Shown: positions 44,056-57,029 of the stretch, piece by piece
Layout: each line of letters begins with the position of its first letter
How positions within the stretch are numbered: position 1 is the stretch's first letter
Source: the human T2T-CHM13v2.0 reference genome, Homo sapiens
Reading direction: 5' to 3' (one strand)
Assembly: GCF_009914755.1 (NCBI RefSeq)
Contig: NC_060930.1
Length of the DNA stretch: 64,000 bases
Made by a program: the position numbers and the translations under genes
Notes under the pieces: generated by a model
Told to the model about the DNA's origin: nothing
Seen by the model: only the letters and a program-made list of their open reading frames with translations
The model's database searches: none

Positions 44056-45257
44056 CCCAGGCCAGGTGGCTTCTGTATGGTGAAGGGCAATTTGAGAAGG
44101 GACCAGCTGTAAGGCATGAGCTGCTATAACACTCACAGCTGGTGAAAGATCCTGCAGGGAAGGGAACCAAGCAGGGTACCAATGGCTTCCATACAATATC
44201 CTATTTAGGTTTTGGTGATGAGGATTATTAAGCTTGTAAAATACAAGCAGTTATTTTAATGTCACGATCCACTGATTCTCTTTTATTAGAAGAATATTTT
44301 TAAAAGATTTTTCTAAAAAACATAAGCTCCAGAGAAATTTTTAAAATTGTACAAAATAATTGGACTAAATAAATAAATAAAAGAATAAACTCTCTTGCCT
44401 TTCCACTGTTGAGGTACTTTCAAAGTCTTAGAATAACTGGAACTCTGACTTCAGAGTCTTATACTTTTATATCATAAATGTATGTGAGTGCTTTATGTGG
44501 ACGATTAGGTTGGAGGGAATATACTTGCTCATAAAATGATTTCTGTCTTTAGTACTACAAAAATAATGGATAATTACCCCATTTACGGTTGAGAAACACT
44601 TGATAATTATTGTTTATTTTTATGAATAGTGTGCACTATAAAATAGCTGTGTGTGAATGTATACAAATATTCACAGGGTGTGTAGTGTTAAATAATAATG
44701 AGCTTTATTTGGCTATTCATCAAGAATTCATTAAAAAATTATTTGTAATACTAAATTAGAATAAAACATAATGGTAGGATTATAGAGAAAGTGGGTAAAT
44801 TTTTCTCATATTAAAATTTGAATAATTAGCAGCCCCTTTTTCATAGGTTCTCTTCTTTTTGGACAAAAATCCTAGGCTTGGAATATTACTTCTCACGTCA
44901 TTAGTATATATGTTTGTTTAAGATTTCTAGAAGTGCTTGACATAAGAACTTGTGTTAAAGTGATTTATTAAAATGTGATTTCATGGAAATCCAGTAGGGA
45001 ATGAAGTAGGACAGGGAAGGAAGTCAAGCAAGAGCCTGATATCAAGCAGTCTCAGGAAACGCCGGCTCAAGCCTGTCAAGGAGCTCTAGGGGCCACTGAG
45101 AACACATCTCAAGGTGGTACTGAGTAGGGGCAAGGAGGCTTGGGTATTTACTTTCTGCATTTGACATTTATTGGTTAGGGACTGCTCCTGGGGGTGGCAG
45201 ACCTTCCCAGATACTTCCAGATTACTATGCACACAGGTTAAAAACAAAGAATACGAT

Positions 45258-45601
45258 TGTTGCAGGGCTTTCCCTTAGTTCAGCTAAAGATGGGGTCCTC
45301 GTCACATGACCATGAAACATTAGGCTCATAGACTACTTGAAAGGTGAGAAAATGGGATTTATTGGGCAAAAAGGAAAAAAGGGGAAACAGGGACTCTCCA
45401 CAAAGCCAGAGTCCTGCTAGTGCACTTCCTGCCTTGCAGACTGAATTCCAGGTACCACACCCTGGAAGAGGAGAGAGAGGCCAGGCTCCTCCCCACTGCA
45501 AAGGGCAGGAACTTCCCACAGCTCTACCCCAGTGCACATTCCTCTCAGTGCACAGGCTGTTGGAGGTTCTGCCAAAGAAACCTTTGAATCTGGCTGTCAC
45601 A
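45258..45601 (-). mobile_element. MER61-like ERV1 solo LTR, next to an older LTR fragment (~44950-45240)
   Basis: TG...CA termini. Minus strand TGTGACAGCCAG...TGCACTGGGG...GGGGAGGAGCCTGGCC. Near-TSD CGAT/AGAT. Confidence 0.7.
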
Positions 45602-46722
45602 AGATGCCCTCAAGATGAATTCATATTTTTTGTCTGCTTCCTCCTTAAAATTATATGAGCAGAAGCTTATGATATGCCAATCTTCATAAATTTTGTCATT
45701 AACAGGAATCTCTTTTCTTTGTTAATATTAAAATACCAAAAGCCATTAAGGACCTTGTTGATCCTTTGACTTCCCAGCGTCCCACCTGTTCTAAAGTTTT
45801 AAAATGGTCAAGAAAGGGAGGAGCATTAAAAGGTAATCAAGGAGGCAATGACACTCAGCCTTACTCTAAGGTTCCTCTTAACCTGTGTAGTGTTGGTGTT
45901 AAATCTGCTTACAAGAAGGAAAGTGGAGATCCTTAATTTGGGCTCAAAATATATGTTTCAGGAAAATATAGTATAAAAATATGAGTAAGAAATCGAGTCA
46001 AACCTATAGTTAAAGGTTAATTAATACCTGACAAGATTACAGAAACTAGCCTAACCAAGTTAGCCTAACCAAGTACATAGTTTTTTCATATTAGTTATTA
46101 ATCTTTCGGCTTTTCATGACTAGAAATTTTATTTACACTAGCTTTGACAAGAAATTTATTGCCTAATGGAATCCAAGTCAGGTTAGAACCCCTCCATTTA
46201 ATAATTTAATATTATGTGTAGCAGGAATGTTAACAGACCTTCAGACCAACTAGAAGTAGGAACTTAAACCGCCTCCGCACATTTGCCTTTCTTGTTGCAT
46301 TTTTTTCTTTCCTTTTATCTTTTCTCATTACAAATTGATCTCCAATGAAAGCTAGATTAATCTTGTTTCAATGGTGGCTACAATCCTGCCATAATCCTTG
46401 CCATTCTTTACTATAATTTGGTGGATATTGCAATAGATGTGAGTAGTTCCTGGGAAGAGAAAAGAGAGGAAAGTTAGGCTGAGAAGACAATAGGTACCTC
46501 TGCAATCTTCCCTGAATAAGTTAAAAATACTTTATATAGAAGACTGGGGAAGTTTTAATAGTTAGAATTAAAAAAAGGAAATGAGAGGACAAATATTTTC
46601 TCCCTTCTTGAGTAATGTGAAGATGAAAAAAATATCACTGGGAATGGAAGTTCTATACTTTTCCCTAATGTAGTGTTACCCTGATTTTCTTGCAAACCAT
46701 CTTAAGGAAAATGTATTAATTT

Positions 46723-46812
46723 CTGAAGAATGAAATTCTTCATTATTCTTCATTCATTAATACTGAAGAATGAAATTCTTCATTATTCTTCATTCATTAA
46801 TACAGAAGAATG
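46723..46812. repeat. Perfect 40-bp tandem duplication with internal inverted repeats
   Basis: CTGAAGAATGAAATTCTTCATTATTCTTCATTCATTAATA x2 plus CAGAAGAATG. Confidence 0.95.
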
Positions 46813-49070
46813 TCTTAAAATAAAAGAGCAAGTTAAATTAAAAACTGGAACACAAAACACTATGAATCTTATTTAAAAAAATAACTTACAAAGGCAAGAA
46901 TACTATTGTCTATTAATTAAAAAAAATAATATATGGAAGAATGCTCTTCCTGCTCAGAGTAACACAAAAATACCATGATGTCTCCCTTAAAACTTGATTT
47001 CTATAAGAGTAACTTGATATTGGTAAAAATAAAATTATCACAAAGTAGTGGGAAAATTCTCTGCCTCCAAAAAAGCAAGAAAAATAATGGAAAGGAGCTC
47101 GCAGCTCCCTACTGGTATGGAAGAGTGACTTTTTTTTTTTTGGTCCGTAACAGATGAGAAGAGGCATAGAGTTTAATGGCACTCAAAGAAAACCGGTGAA
47201 CCATTCCCAAAGAAACTGCCAGAGAAAGAGATAAACATTGAGGTTTTGGCATTCCAGCTATTCTGCTAGAGATTAGAGAACAGGCAATTCTGTCATAATT
47301 ATAGTTATTTTCCTAATAACATTGACCATACCCCTAGTATAAAGGGGTTATATTTGAGTGGCCTGTGATTCTAATTTTTGTTGTAATCATATCAGTACAT
47401 TCATAACATCCATTCTATCATATCTCTCAGTATGATATAATGACAATAAATATGTGGAATCTGAAGGTTGTTAAAGATCTTAAATGCTTAACTTTTTCTG
47501 CCAAGGAAGAAATAACTTCTATTCCTGAAAGATGGACATCTCTAACATATGGCATTCCATATTTTCTGAAGCAGCTCATTATACTGCTAAACAGTATTAA
47601 TTTCTGGCATATTCTCACATAGAGCTGAAAATTGTCTCCTCCAAATTTTCACTTATTGGTTTGGTCTTATTTCTGCCCTCTAGAGATAAACAAAATCTGA
47701 ACACTCTTTTATGTATTACAGTATTCCAAATATTTGCAAACAATTATTATAACCTGTTAAGTATTCTCCTCTCCACGCTAAATAGTCTCAAATCCCTTAG
47801 CAAATGTAGAACTGGTTTAAAATATCCTCTACATTCTCAGAGGCTCTCTTTTTCTAAGTCATTAAACACCTAAGCTAAACAATAAAACAGACATGGCACA
47901 CTCAGTGCCAAATAGAGTGGGATTTTTTCTTTCTGATTAATACAACTTAATAGTATGCAAATTATAAAATAAATCATAGTATGCTACTTTCTTTCACTGT
48001 CTCAAAATTATTTCTTTTTGGAAGTAGGCATGAATAAATAAATCCATATATTTTTAAAGTCTTGAAATTTTCCATATGTTTTTACATATAAAAAGATCTC
48101 TCATGTTTTTAAAATAAAAATTTTGAAAACCAATTAAGGATTTCTACTCATATACGATTTTAGTCTCAGTCAACTGACTTCAGTCTATTACAATCTTTTT
48201 GTACCCTAAATCTACCATTAGCATATTAGTCCTCTCATCTAGATTTATAGTCTATGAATTCACTAAATACATAGTTTTTCAATATCAGATTCCTTAGTAG
48301 GTGCTGGTGATAGAGTGTGAATGCCTCACCCTCACAGAGATTACAGTGGGGGTGGGATAAGAATGTGGTCTGCATATCTAATTTTAGTTAATCTTTACAA
48401 GTCACAGCATTTGTTTCATATGCTATAATATACTTGTGAGTGAGTGATCATACAATTTATTTTTCAAATGGGTGATTTTAAGGGTAAAAAGTCACTATTA
48501 ATTACATCTATGTAATAAGAATAAATTGTAATATTAATTATAATTATAACTGTAACTGTGTAATATTAATAAAATGGCAATATACCATTTATAGTAAGTG
48601 ATTACCCTACATTGAGGAAAAATTCTAGAACTCATTTCCCTTTGATCTATTAACACTAAAGCATTCTGAAAGTTTATTGTTACCCTTTATATCCAAGCAA
48701 AATGTAAGTCAATCCACAGGGAAAAATCATCTCTAGACATAGGAAAGACTTTTGTAAAACATGTGTATAATACATTAGCTAAGGTGTGTTAGAAATATGA
48801 CTAATGTTTGTGGATTGTGCTAGATCATATATATATGCAGTATGTGAGATTTCTCATAGATCAGGCTGTTTATTATTATGATGTCTTTCTCATATTCAAC
48901 TAAATATGTGGTGCTCTAATCTGTCATATACAGATTAAAATATCTAAGTTGAAATAACTCAAATAATATTATATTACTTGATTAAATATCACAATCATCT
49001 TAGTGACACTTAAAATTAGTTCCAAGGTTCAGAAATTGTTTCACCAGATAACACAGTTAGTACATTAGAA

Positions 49071-49571
49071 CAATTCACCCTTGAACAACGTGGGTTTGAA
49101 CTGCATAGGTTCATTTATATGAGGATTTTTTTCAATAAAATTTCACCATGTGTGCCTACATCTGCTGCCTCCCCTTATACCTCCTCTATGCCTTCCATCT
49201 CTGCCACTCCTGAAGCAACAAGACCAAACCCTCCTCTACGTCTGCCTCCTCAGCCTACTCAATGTGAATATGAAGAGGATGAAGATATTTATGATGACAC
49301 ACTTCCACTTAATAAGTAGTAAATATATTTTCTGTTTCTTATGATTTCATCAATAGCATTTCCTTTGTTCTAGCTTTTATAGATTATGGGGATACAGTAT
49401 ATATAACATATACAATATACAAAATATGTGTTAATCTGCTATATACATTGTTGGTATACTTCCAATCAACAGGCTATTAGTTAAGTTTGTAGACAGTCAA
49501 AAGTTACATGCAGATTTTTGACTGCAAGGAGGTTCAGTGCACCTAATATCTGCATATTGAAGGGTCAAATG
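49071..49571 (+). mobile_element. Tigger2-derived DNA transposon (TcMar-Tigger)
   Basis: TIRs CAATTCACCCTTGAACAACGTGGG and ...TTGAAGGGTCAAATG. Internal CCTCCTCAGCCTACTCAATGTGAA. Confidence 0.8.
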
Positions 49572-50619
49572 TATTTCCCTTTTAGCCTCTTGCATCTTGT
49601 ATCTTTCAGCATAGTTCAATTATGCTGCATGAGCTGATAACATCCAATCTCAATGATTTAACATTAGTGATTTATTTCATTCAACATTTCTCTCTACGTG
49701 AAGACCAGTAAGGATCTCTGTCTTCATGTTTATTTAGGACACAGGGTTCCATGATTATCTGTGCAGGGAAAAGTGACCACTGAAGTGGTTTTCCATGGTA
49801 ATTAAATGCATGAGACAAGAGTCTCACAGGCTCAGAAGTACTCAATAATGCATGTATTCTTAAAATAATTCTGGGAAATAACCATTTAAAATCAACATAA
49901 ATACTGATAAAATGAAATAATTTAATTGAAATGCTAGATCTCTTTCCAAGTTTTTATTAGTATTAAGTGTTACAGAGTACTTACAGTCATAAAATAGGAT
50001 AAATATGCTTCTACTATTGAAATATGTGCTCAGTTCAGGGCTCTTATTACCATCAATTGGTAGTTATTACTGACACTTTAAAATACAGTTAGTGCAATTT
50101 TTTGCTAAAATTTTCTATGTATTATTGACAACTTTTATTTCTAAAAGCAGAGAATTAGGTCATTATATGTTTAGTGTTTTGATTTTTTGGAAACCTGTGT
50201 TGTTGAATGGATTTTGGGAAGGTGTCAGAGTAGACAGTGCAAGGAATCTATCTCTCAATGTAAACAACAAAACACTTGCAGAATCTGTATGATGTAACTA
50301 TTTTGAAACTCTGAAGTCTTTTTAAGGCTAGAAACTTCCAGGGGAATGCCTCTATGATAAATTTCAGTGAATTTCAAAAAACTTCAGCTCTCAGCATAGA
50401 AGTAGCTTCCAATCTAGCACCCAAAGCCCCATGACAGGCAGCTGTTCATGTATTCCTGGAGGAACCTGCATTCAGCTTGCAAGAGCCAGGATAGGCAAAA
50501 AACATCCTGTCCTTCAAGTATTGGGAATTTTTGCTCTGATCTCTGATTACTGTTTCTGATCACAGGGGTATAAGCAAAGAGGCAAGTAATCATTAATGGT
50601 GTACATCCCTGCCATGTTT

Positions 50620-51135
50620 TGTAGTGGAGGCAAAATTTTACCTCTACTGTATTAGGTTTAATCTGTTGGGGCAGGAAATAAAATGACAGATGTGTAGAAA
50701 AAATATTCAAACGTACTTAGTATAAGTTTTATGTGACACAGGAGCCCATATAAGGAAATGAAGACCTAAAGGTGTATATATATATATATATATATACCAT
50801 ATGTATATCATATTTATATATGGTGTGTATATATATACCATATATATCATATTATATATGGTGTATATATTATATATATACACAGTATATATAAGGTGTG
50901 TGTGTGTGTGAATGTGTGTATATATATATATATATATATGCACCTTAAAAAGAACATTATTTCCTTCTAGTATAGGGAGGGCATCTTTCACATGGTAATT
51001 TCGTCTCCTGACCTTAAAAAATAGCATGAAAGTCAGAGTAGTCTTTTTGTGCTTCCTGTTTTTTAAATGCCTTTAACTAAAAATAGTCGACATGTGACAG
51101 TAGGATATTTTGGAGTGGCATATAAACTCCATTAG
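50620..51135 (-). mobile_element. MER34-group ERV1 LTR containing a (TA/TG)n microsatellite (50772-50940)
   Basis: GTTTTATGTGACACAGGAGCC...AAATGAAGACC...GGATATTTTGGAGTGGCATA. Confidence 0.55.
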
Positions 51136-53157
51136 TTGTCAGTCCCTCCCACTTTGGCTGAAGTGATTTCCAGGGGATTTGGGGTGTCAGTATTCTTTTT
51201 TCTTTCTCTTTATTTTTTTTCTTATTTTCCTGTCTTGGATGCCAGACATTAAAATCCAGGACATTCAAAAACAATTAGGAAAAAATAGAAAAAAAACAGA
51301 AAGTGACTGCACATGCCTAGGGAAGGGTATGGGTTCAGAAAAGACCTGAGATGACTGTAAATTTAAACCTCAGGATGAGCATTGGCATAAGGAGGGCCTA
51401 AAAAAATAATTTTAAAAGCCTAAAAACAATAAACAAAAATAGCAAACCATGGGGAAGGGAGACAGCCTGAGCTTCAGAGTTACCACATTATCAGGTTCAA
51501 ATATCCAATTTTCAACACAAAAATCATAAAATTTAAAGAGAAACAGGAAAGTATAGCCAATTCATAGGGAAAAATTAATCAACAGAAATGGTCTCTAGAA
51601 CAACCTGTTGGAAGACCTACTAGACAAAGACTTTAAAACAACTATCTTAACATTGCTCAAAGAACTAAAGGATGATGTGGAAGAAGTAAAAGCAAACAAA
51701 ACCTCACTAAAACCAATGTTTGAACAAAATGGAAATATAAAGGAGATAGAAAATCTAAAAGAAAACTAAGATTCAGGAAGTGAAAGAATGACATCATAAA
51801 TGAAAAAAATACTAGAGGTATTCAAAGGCAAATTTTAACCAACAGAAGATAGAATCAGTAAATTTGAAAATTGGATAATGGAAAATATCAAGTTTGAGGA
51901 AGAGAAAAAAATACTGCAGAAAAGACCTATGGAATTTGTGAGACATCATCAAATGAACCAACATATGCTTTGTGGGAGTTCCAAAAAGAGAAGAGAAAAA
52001 GGTTAAAGAGAATATGTGAAGAAATAATGGATGAATACTTTCCAAATTTGATGAAAGACCTGAACATAAACATCCAAAAAGATTAACAGATTCCAAGTAA
52101 GATGAACTCAAAGAGACTCACACAAAGACATATTGCAATGAAACTTTTGAAAGACAAAATCTTGAAAGCAGCAAGAGAAAAATGACTTCACATACAAGGT
52201 ATCCATAATGAGATTATCAGCAACTTTCTCTTCAAAACTTTGGAGTTTGGGGTTAAAAGTGCTAAAAACAAAAACAGAAACAAAAACAAAAAACTCATCA
52301 ACCAATAATCCCATATCCAGTAAAATTCTCCTCCAAAAGTGAGGAGAAGCTAAGACATTCCCAGATAAACAAAAGCTGAGGGAATTTGTTGCCTCTAGTC
52401 TTTCCCTGCAAGAAAAGTTCAAGGGAGTCCTGCAAGATGACATAAAATGGCACCAGACAATAACTTGAAGTCATATGAAGAAATAAAGGTATTAGTAAAC
52501 TTAAGCACACTGGCAGTTATAAAAGGTAGTATTATTCTAACAATGATTGATAAGTTCACTTTTGTTTTCTACATGATTTAAAAGAGACTAATAAAATTTC
52601 AAAAAGCAATTATTAGTGTAAAAGCTAGTATTATTATGACTTTTATCACTAATTCACCATTTTGTTTTCTAAATAATTTTAAAAAACTATAAATTTAAAA
52701 ATAATTATGTTTATATTTTAGGGGACACAGTGTATAAACATGTCTGGTGACATCAAGAACCAAAATGAATGGGAATGAAGCTGCTACAATTATTTTTGTA
52801 TAATAATATACGATAAAAAATTATTATATAGTATTGAAGTTAAGCTGGCATAAAATTAGGATATAACTTTAGGATGTTAAATTAAATGTAATTTCCATAT
52901 TAACCACATAGAAATAAACTGTAGAATATATACAAAAGGAAATATGAAAGCAATTTAAATGTTTCACTACAGAAAAAATAACAAAACACAAAAGAAGACA
53001 GCAATGCAGGAAATGAAGGACACATAAGCTATAAGCATATAAAAATGTTCTACCAAACATTGAAAGAAGAATCACCAGCAATCCATCTCAAACTTTTTCT
53101 AAAAATTGAGATGTGGGAATACTATCTAACTCATACTATGGGGCCAGCATCTTCCTC

Positions 53158-55497
53158 TGTATTAGTCCATTTTTACACTGCTACAGTGATACTACCTGAC
53201 AAGAAGTAATGTATTTAAAAAAGAGGTTTAACTGACTCACAGTTCTCTATGGCTGGGAATGTCTCAGGAAACGTTCAATCATGGTGAAAGGTAAAGGGGA
53301 AGCAAGTGCCTTCTTCACAAGGTGGCTGCAGACAGAAAGAGAAAAAGGCTGAGGACATTCACCACTTAAAACCATCAGATCTCCTGAGAACTCACTCACT
53401 ATAATGAGAACAGCAAGGAGGAAACTTCCCCCATTATCCAATCACCAGCCACCAAGTCTCTCCATTGACATGTGGGGATTACAATTAGAGATGAGATTTG
53501 GTTGGGAAGACAGAGCCAAACCATATAATTCTGCCCCTGGCCCTATCCAAATCTCATGTCCTTCTCACATTTTTAAACACAATTATGCTTTCTCAACAGT
53601 CCTCCAAAGTGTTAACTCATTCCAGTATTAACTCAAAAGTCCAAGTTCACAGTCTCATCTGAGACAAGCCAAGTCCCTTCTGCCTATGAGCCTGTGAAAT
53701 TAAAAAAAAAATTACTTACCTCCAAGATACAATGGGGCTACAGGCATTGGGTAAATGTTTTCCTTCCAAAAGGCAGAAATTGACCAAAACAAAGGGGACA
53801 AAGGCCCCATTTATGTCCAAAACCCTACTAGGCAGTTATTAAATCTTACAACTTCAAAATCTCCTTTGACTCCATGTGTCACACCCAGGGAATGCTGATG
53901 CAAAGGGTAGGCCCCCACAGCCTTGGGCAGCTCTGCCACTATGGTGGTGCAGGGTACAGCCCCTGTGGCTGCTTTCACAAGCTGGCATTTAATGCCTGTG
54001 GTTTTTTCATGTACACAGTGCAAGATGTCAGTGGATCTACCATTCTGTGGTCTGGAGGATGGTAGACCTCTTCTCACAGCTCCACTAGGCAGTGCCTCAG
54101 TGTGAGACTCCAACCCCACTTTTCCCTGCTGCACTATCCTATCTGAGGTTCTCCGTAGGGCTCTGCCCTTGCAGCAGACTTCTGCCTGGATATTCAGGTG
54201 TTTCTATACATCCTATGAAACCTAGGTGGAGGTTCCCAAACCTCAACTCTTGTTGTCTGTGCATGTGTAGGCTCAACATCACATGGAAGCCTTCGAGGCT
54301 TGGGCTTGTACCCTCAGAAGCAATGACCCAAGCTGTACCATGGCCCCTTTAGCCATGGCTAGAGTTGGAGCAGTTGGGATGCAAGATGCCATGTCCAGGG
54401 GCAGCACACAGCAGGGGAGGCCTGGGGCCAGCCCAATAACCCATCTTTCCCTCCTAGGCCTCCAACCTTGTTATGGGAGGGGTTGCTGTGAAGATCTCTG
54501 ACATGCCCTGGAGATATTTTCTTCCCATTTTCTTGGCTATTAATATTCGGCTTCTTGTTACTTATAAAAATTTCTGCAACCAGCTTGAATTTCTCCCCAG
54601 AAAATGGTTTTTTCTTTTCTATCACATGGCCAGGCTGCAAGTTTTCAAAAATTTTATGCTCTGCTTCCATTTTAAGCATAAGTTCCAATTTCACCCCATC
54701 CCTTTGTGAGAACATATAACTGTATGCTTTCAGGAAAAGCCAGATCACCTCTTTAATGTTTTGCTGCTTTGAAATTTCTTCTGCCAGATACCCTAAATAC
54801 TCTCTCAAGTTCAAAATTTTACAGATCTATAGGGTAGGGACAAAATGCCACCAGTCTTTTTGTTAAAGCTTATCAAGAATCACCATTACTCCACTTCCCG
54901 ATAAGTTCATCTCTATCTGAGATCACCTCAGTCTGGACTTCATTATCTGTATCACTGTCAGCATTTTGGTCAAAGTTATTCAACAAGTCTCTAGGAAGTT
55001 CTAAACTTTTTCACATCTTCCCATCTTCTTCTAAGCCCTCCAAACTGTTGCAACTTCTGCCTGTTACCCAGTTCCAAAGTTGTTTCTACATTTTCAGTTT
55101 ATAGAGGTACCGCACTCCTGGTACCAATTTCTATATTAGTCCATTTTCACAATGCTGTAGAAATATTTCCTGAGACTCCGTAATTTATAAAGGAAAGAAG
55201 TTTAATTGACTCACAATTCCACATGGCTGGGAAGGCCTCAGGAAACTTACAATCGTGGCAGAAGGCAAAGGAGAAGCAAATACCTTCTTCACAAGGCAGC
55301 AGACAGAGAGAGAGCACAGGGAAAACTGCCACTTTTAAAACCATCAGGTCTCATGAGAACTCCCTCACTATAAAGAGAACAGCGTGGAGGAATCTGCCCC
55401 CATGACCTAATCACCTCTCAACATGTTCTTCCCTCCACATGTGGAGATTAAAATTTGAGATGAGATTTGGTTGGGGACACAGAGCCAAACCATAGCA
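53158..55497 (-). mobile_element. Complete MaLR provirus (MSTA/THE1D-like): LTR-int-LTR
   Basis: LTRs at 53158-53529 and 55132-55497, ~1.6-kb internal region with the remnant YLAEEISKQQ. Inserted in L1 ORF2. Degenerate 5-bp TSD TCCTC/CCCTG. Confidence 0.9.
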
Positions 55498-56877
55498 CCC
55501 TGCTACCAAAATCAATGTCACTATAAGAAAACTATACCATTATCTCTTTAAAAATATACATGCAAAATTCCTCAAAAGAGTAATATCAAACTGGAGTTCA
55601 GCAGAATATTAAAAGGATTATACACAATGACCAAGGAGGATTTATTCTGGGAATGCAAGAATGGTTCAACTTACGAAAATCTATAAATGTAGCAACACAT
55701 AAACAAAATAAATGAAAGAAAAAAACACATAATTATCTTGATTGAGGCAGAAAAAGTCATTTGACAAAATTCAACATCCTGACATGGGAAAAGTACTCAA
55801 CAAACTATTTTTAGAAGGAAACTACCTCAAGTAATAAAGCCATATAGAAAAACATGCAGGGAGCATCATACTCAATGAGGAATGTCTAACAACTTTTTCT
55901 CTAAGAGGGAACAAGACAAGGCTGCTCACTTTAATCACTTCGAAGCACTAGAAGTTCTAGTCAGAGACATCAGGCAACAAAAATAACCAAAATTGCATTC
56001 AAATTGGAAAGGAAAAAGTAAAATTATCTCTGTCCATTAGATGAATGGGAAAAATATTTTCTGATATGGAATTAATATCCAGAATATATAGAGAACTTAT
56101 AAAACTCTACAACAACAAAAGCAAACAACCCAATTCCAAAACTGGCAAAAAACTTGAATAGGCATTTCTCAAAGCAAGATAACGCAAATGTCCAATAAGT
56201 ACATGAAAAGATACTCAACATCACTAACTATTAGGAAAATACAGATCAAAACTACAATGAAATACCACTTTGTAAGCATCAGGATGGGTACTATCAAACA
56301 AACCAGAAAATAAAAACTGTTGATGAAAACATTGAAAAACTGCAATACTTGGGGAAATTCAAAATGGTACGCTCAATATGAAAACCAGTATGGTGTTTTC
56401 TCAAAAAATTAATAATAAATATAATTACCATAGAATTCAGCAATTTCACTTCTGAGCATATGCCCAAAAGAGTTGAAAGAAAGATCTTGAAGAGATATTT
56501 GTACACCTAATTATCTATAGCAGCATTATTCACAGCAGCCAAAAGATGGAACCAAACCAAGTGTCTATTGATGGATTAATGGAAAAGCAAAATGTAGTAT
56601 GTACATACAATGGAACACTATTCAGCCTTAAAAAAGAAGCAAATTTTGACCTATGTTACAACAAGGATGAACCTTAAGGTCACCTAAGTGAAATAAGCCT
56701 GTTATAAATACTGTGTGAGTCCACATATGTGAGGTAAATCATAGAGACAGAAAGTTGATTATAGTTTTCAGAGGCTAGGGAGAAGGAAAATTAGGGAGTA
56801 TAGAGTTTTGGTTTTATAAGATTAAAAGACTTATAGAGATGAATGGTAGTGATGGTCGCACAGTAAGAATATATTTA

Positions 56878-57029
56878 CTTTGGGAGGCCGAGACGGGCGG
56901 ATCACGAGGTCAGGAGATCGAGACCATCCTGGCTAACACGGTGAAACCCCGTCTCTACTAAAAATACAAAAATTAGCCGGGCATGGTGGCGCGCGCCTGT
57001 AGTCCCAGCTACACGGGAGGCTGAGGAAA
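56878..57029 (+). mobile_element. Young AluY (AluYg6-like), truncated at both ends, almost tailless
   Basis: GAGACGGGCGG, GGGCATGG, GGCGCGCGCC and CTACACGGG variants with CpGs intact. 13-bp TSD AAGAATATATTTA (56865-56877 and 57030-57042). Confidence 0.9.

Noticed and set aside
50772-50940. Long TA/TG-patterned tract
   Set aside because: Ordinary compound microsatellite within an LTR.
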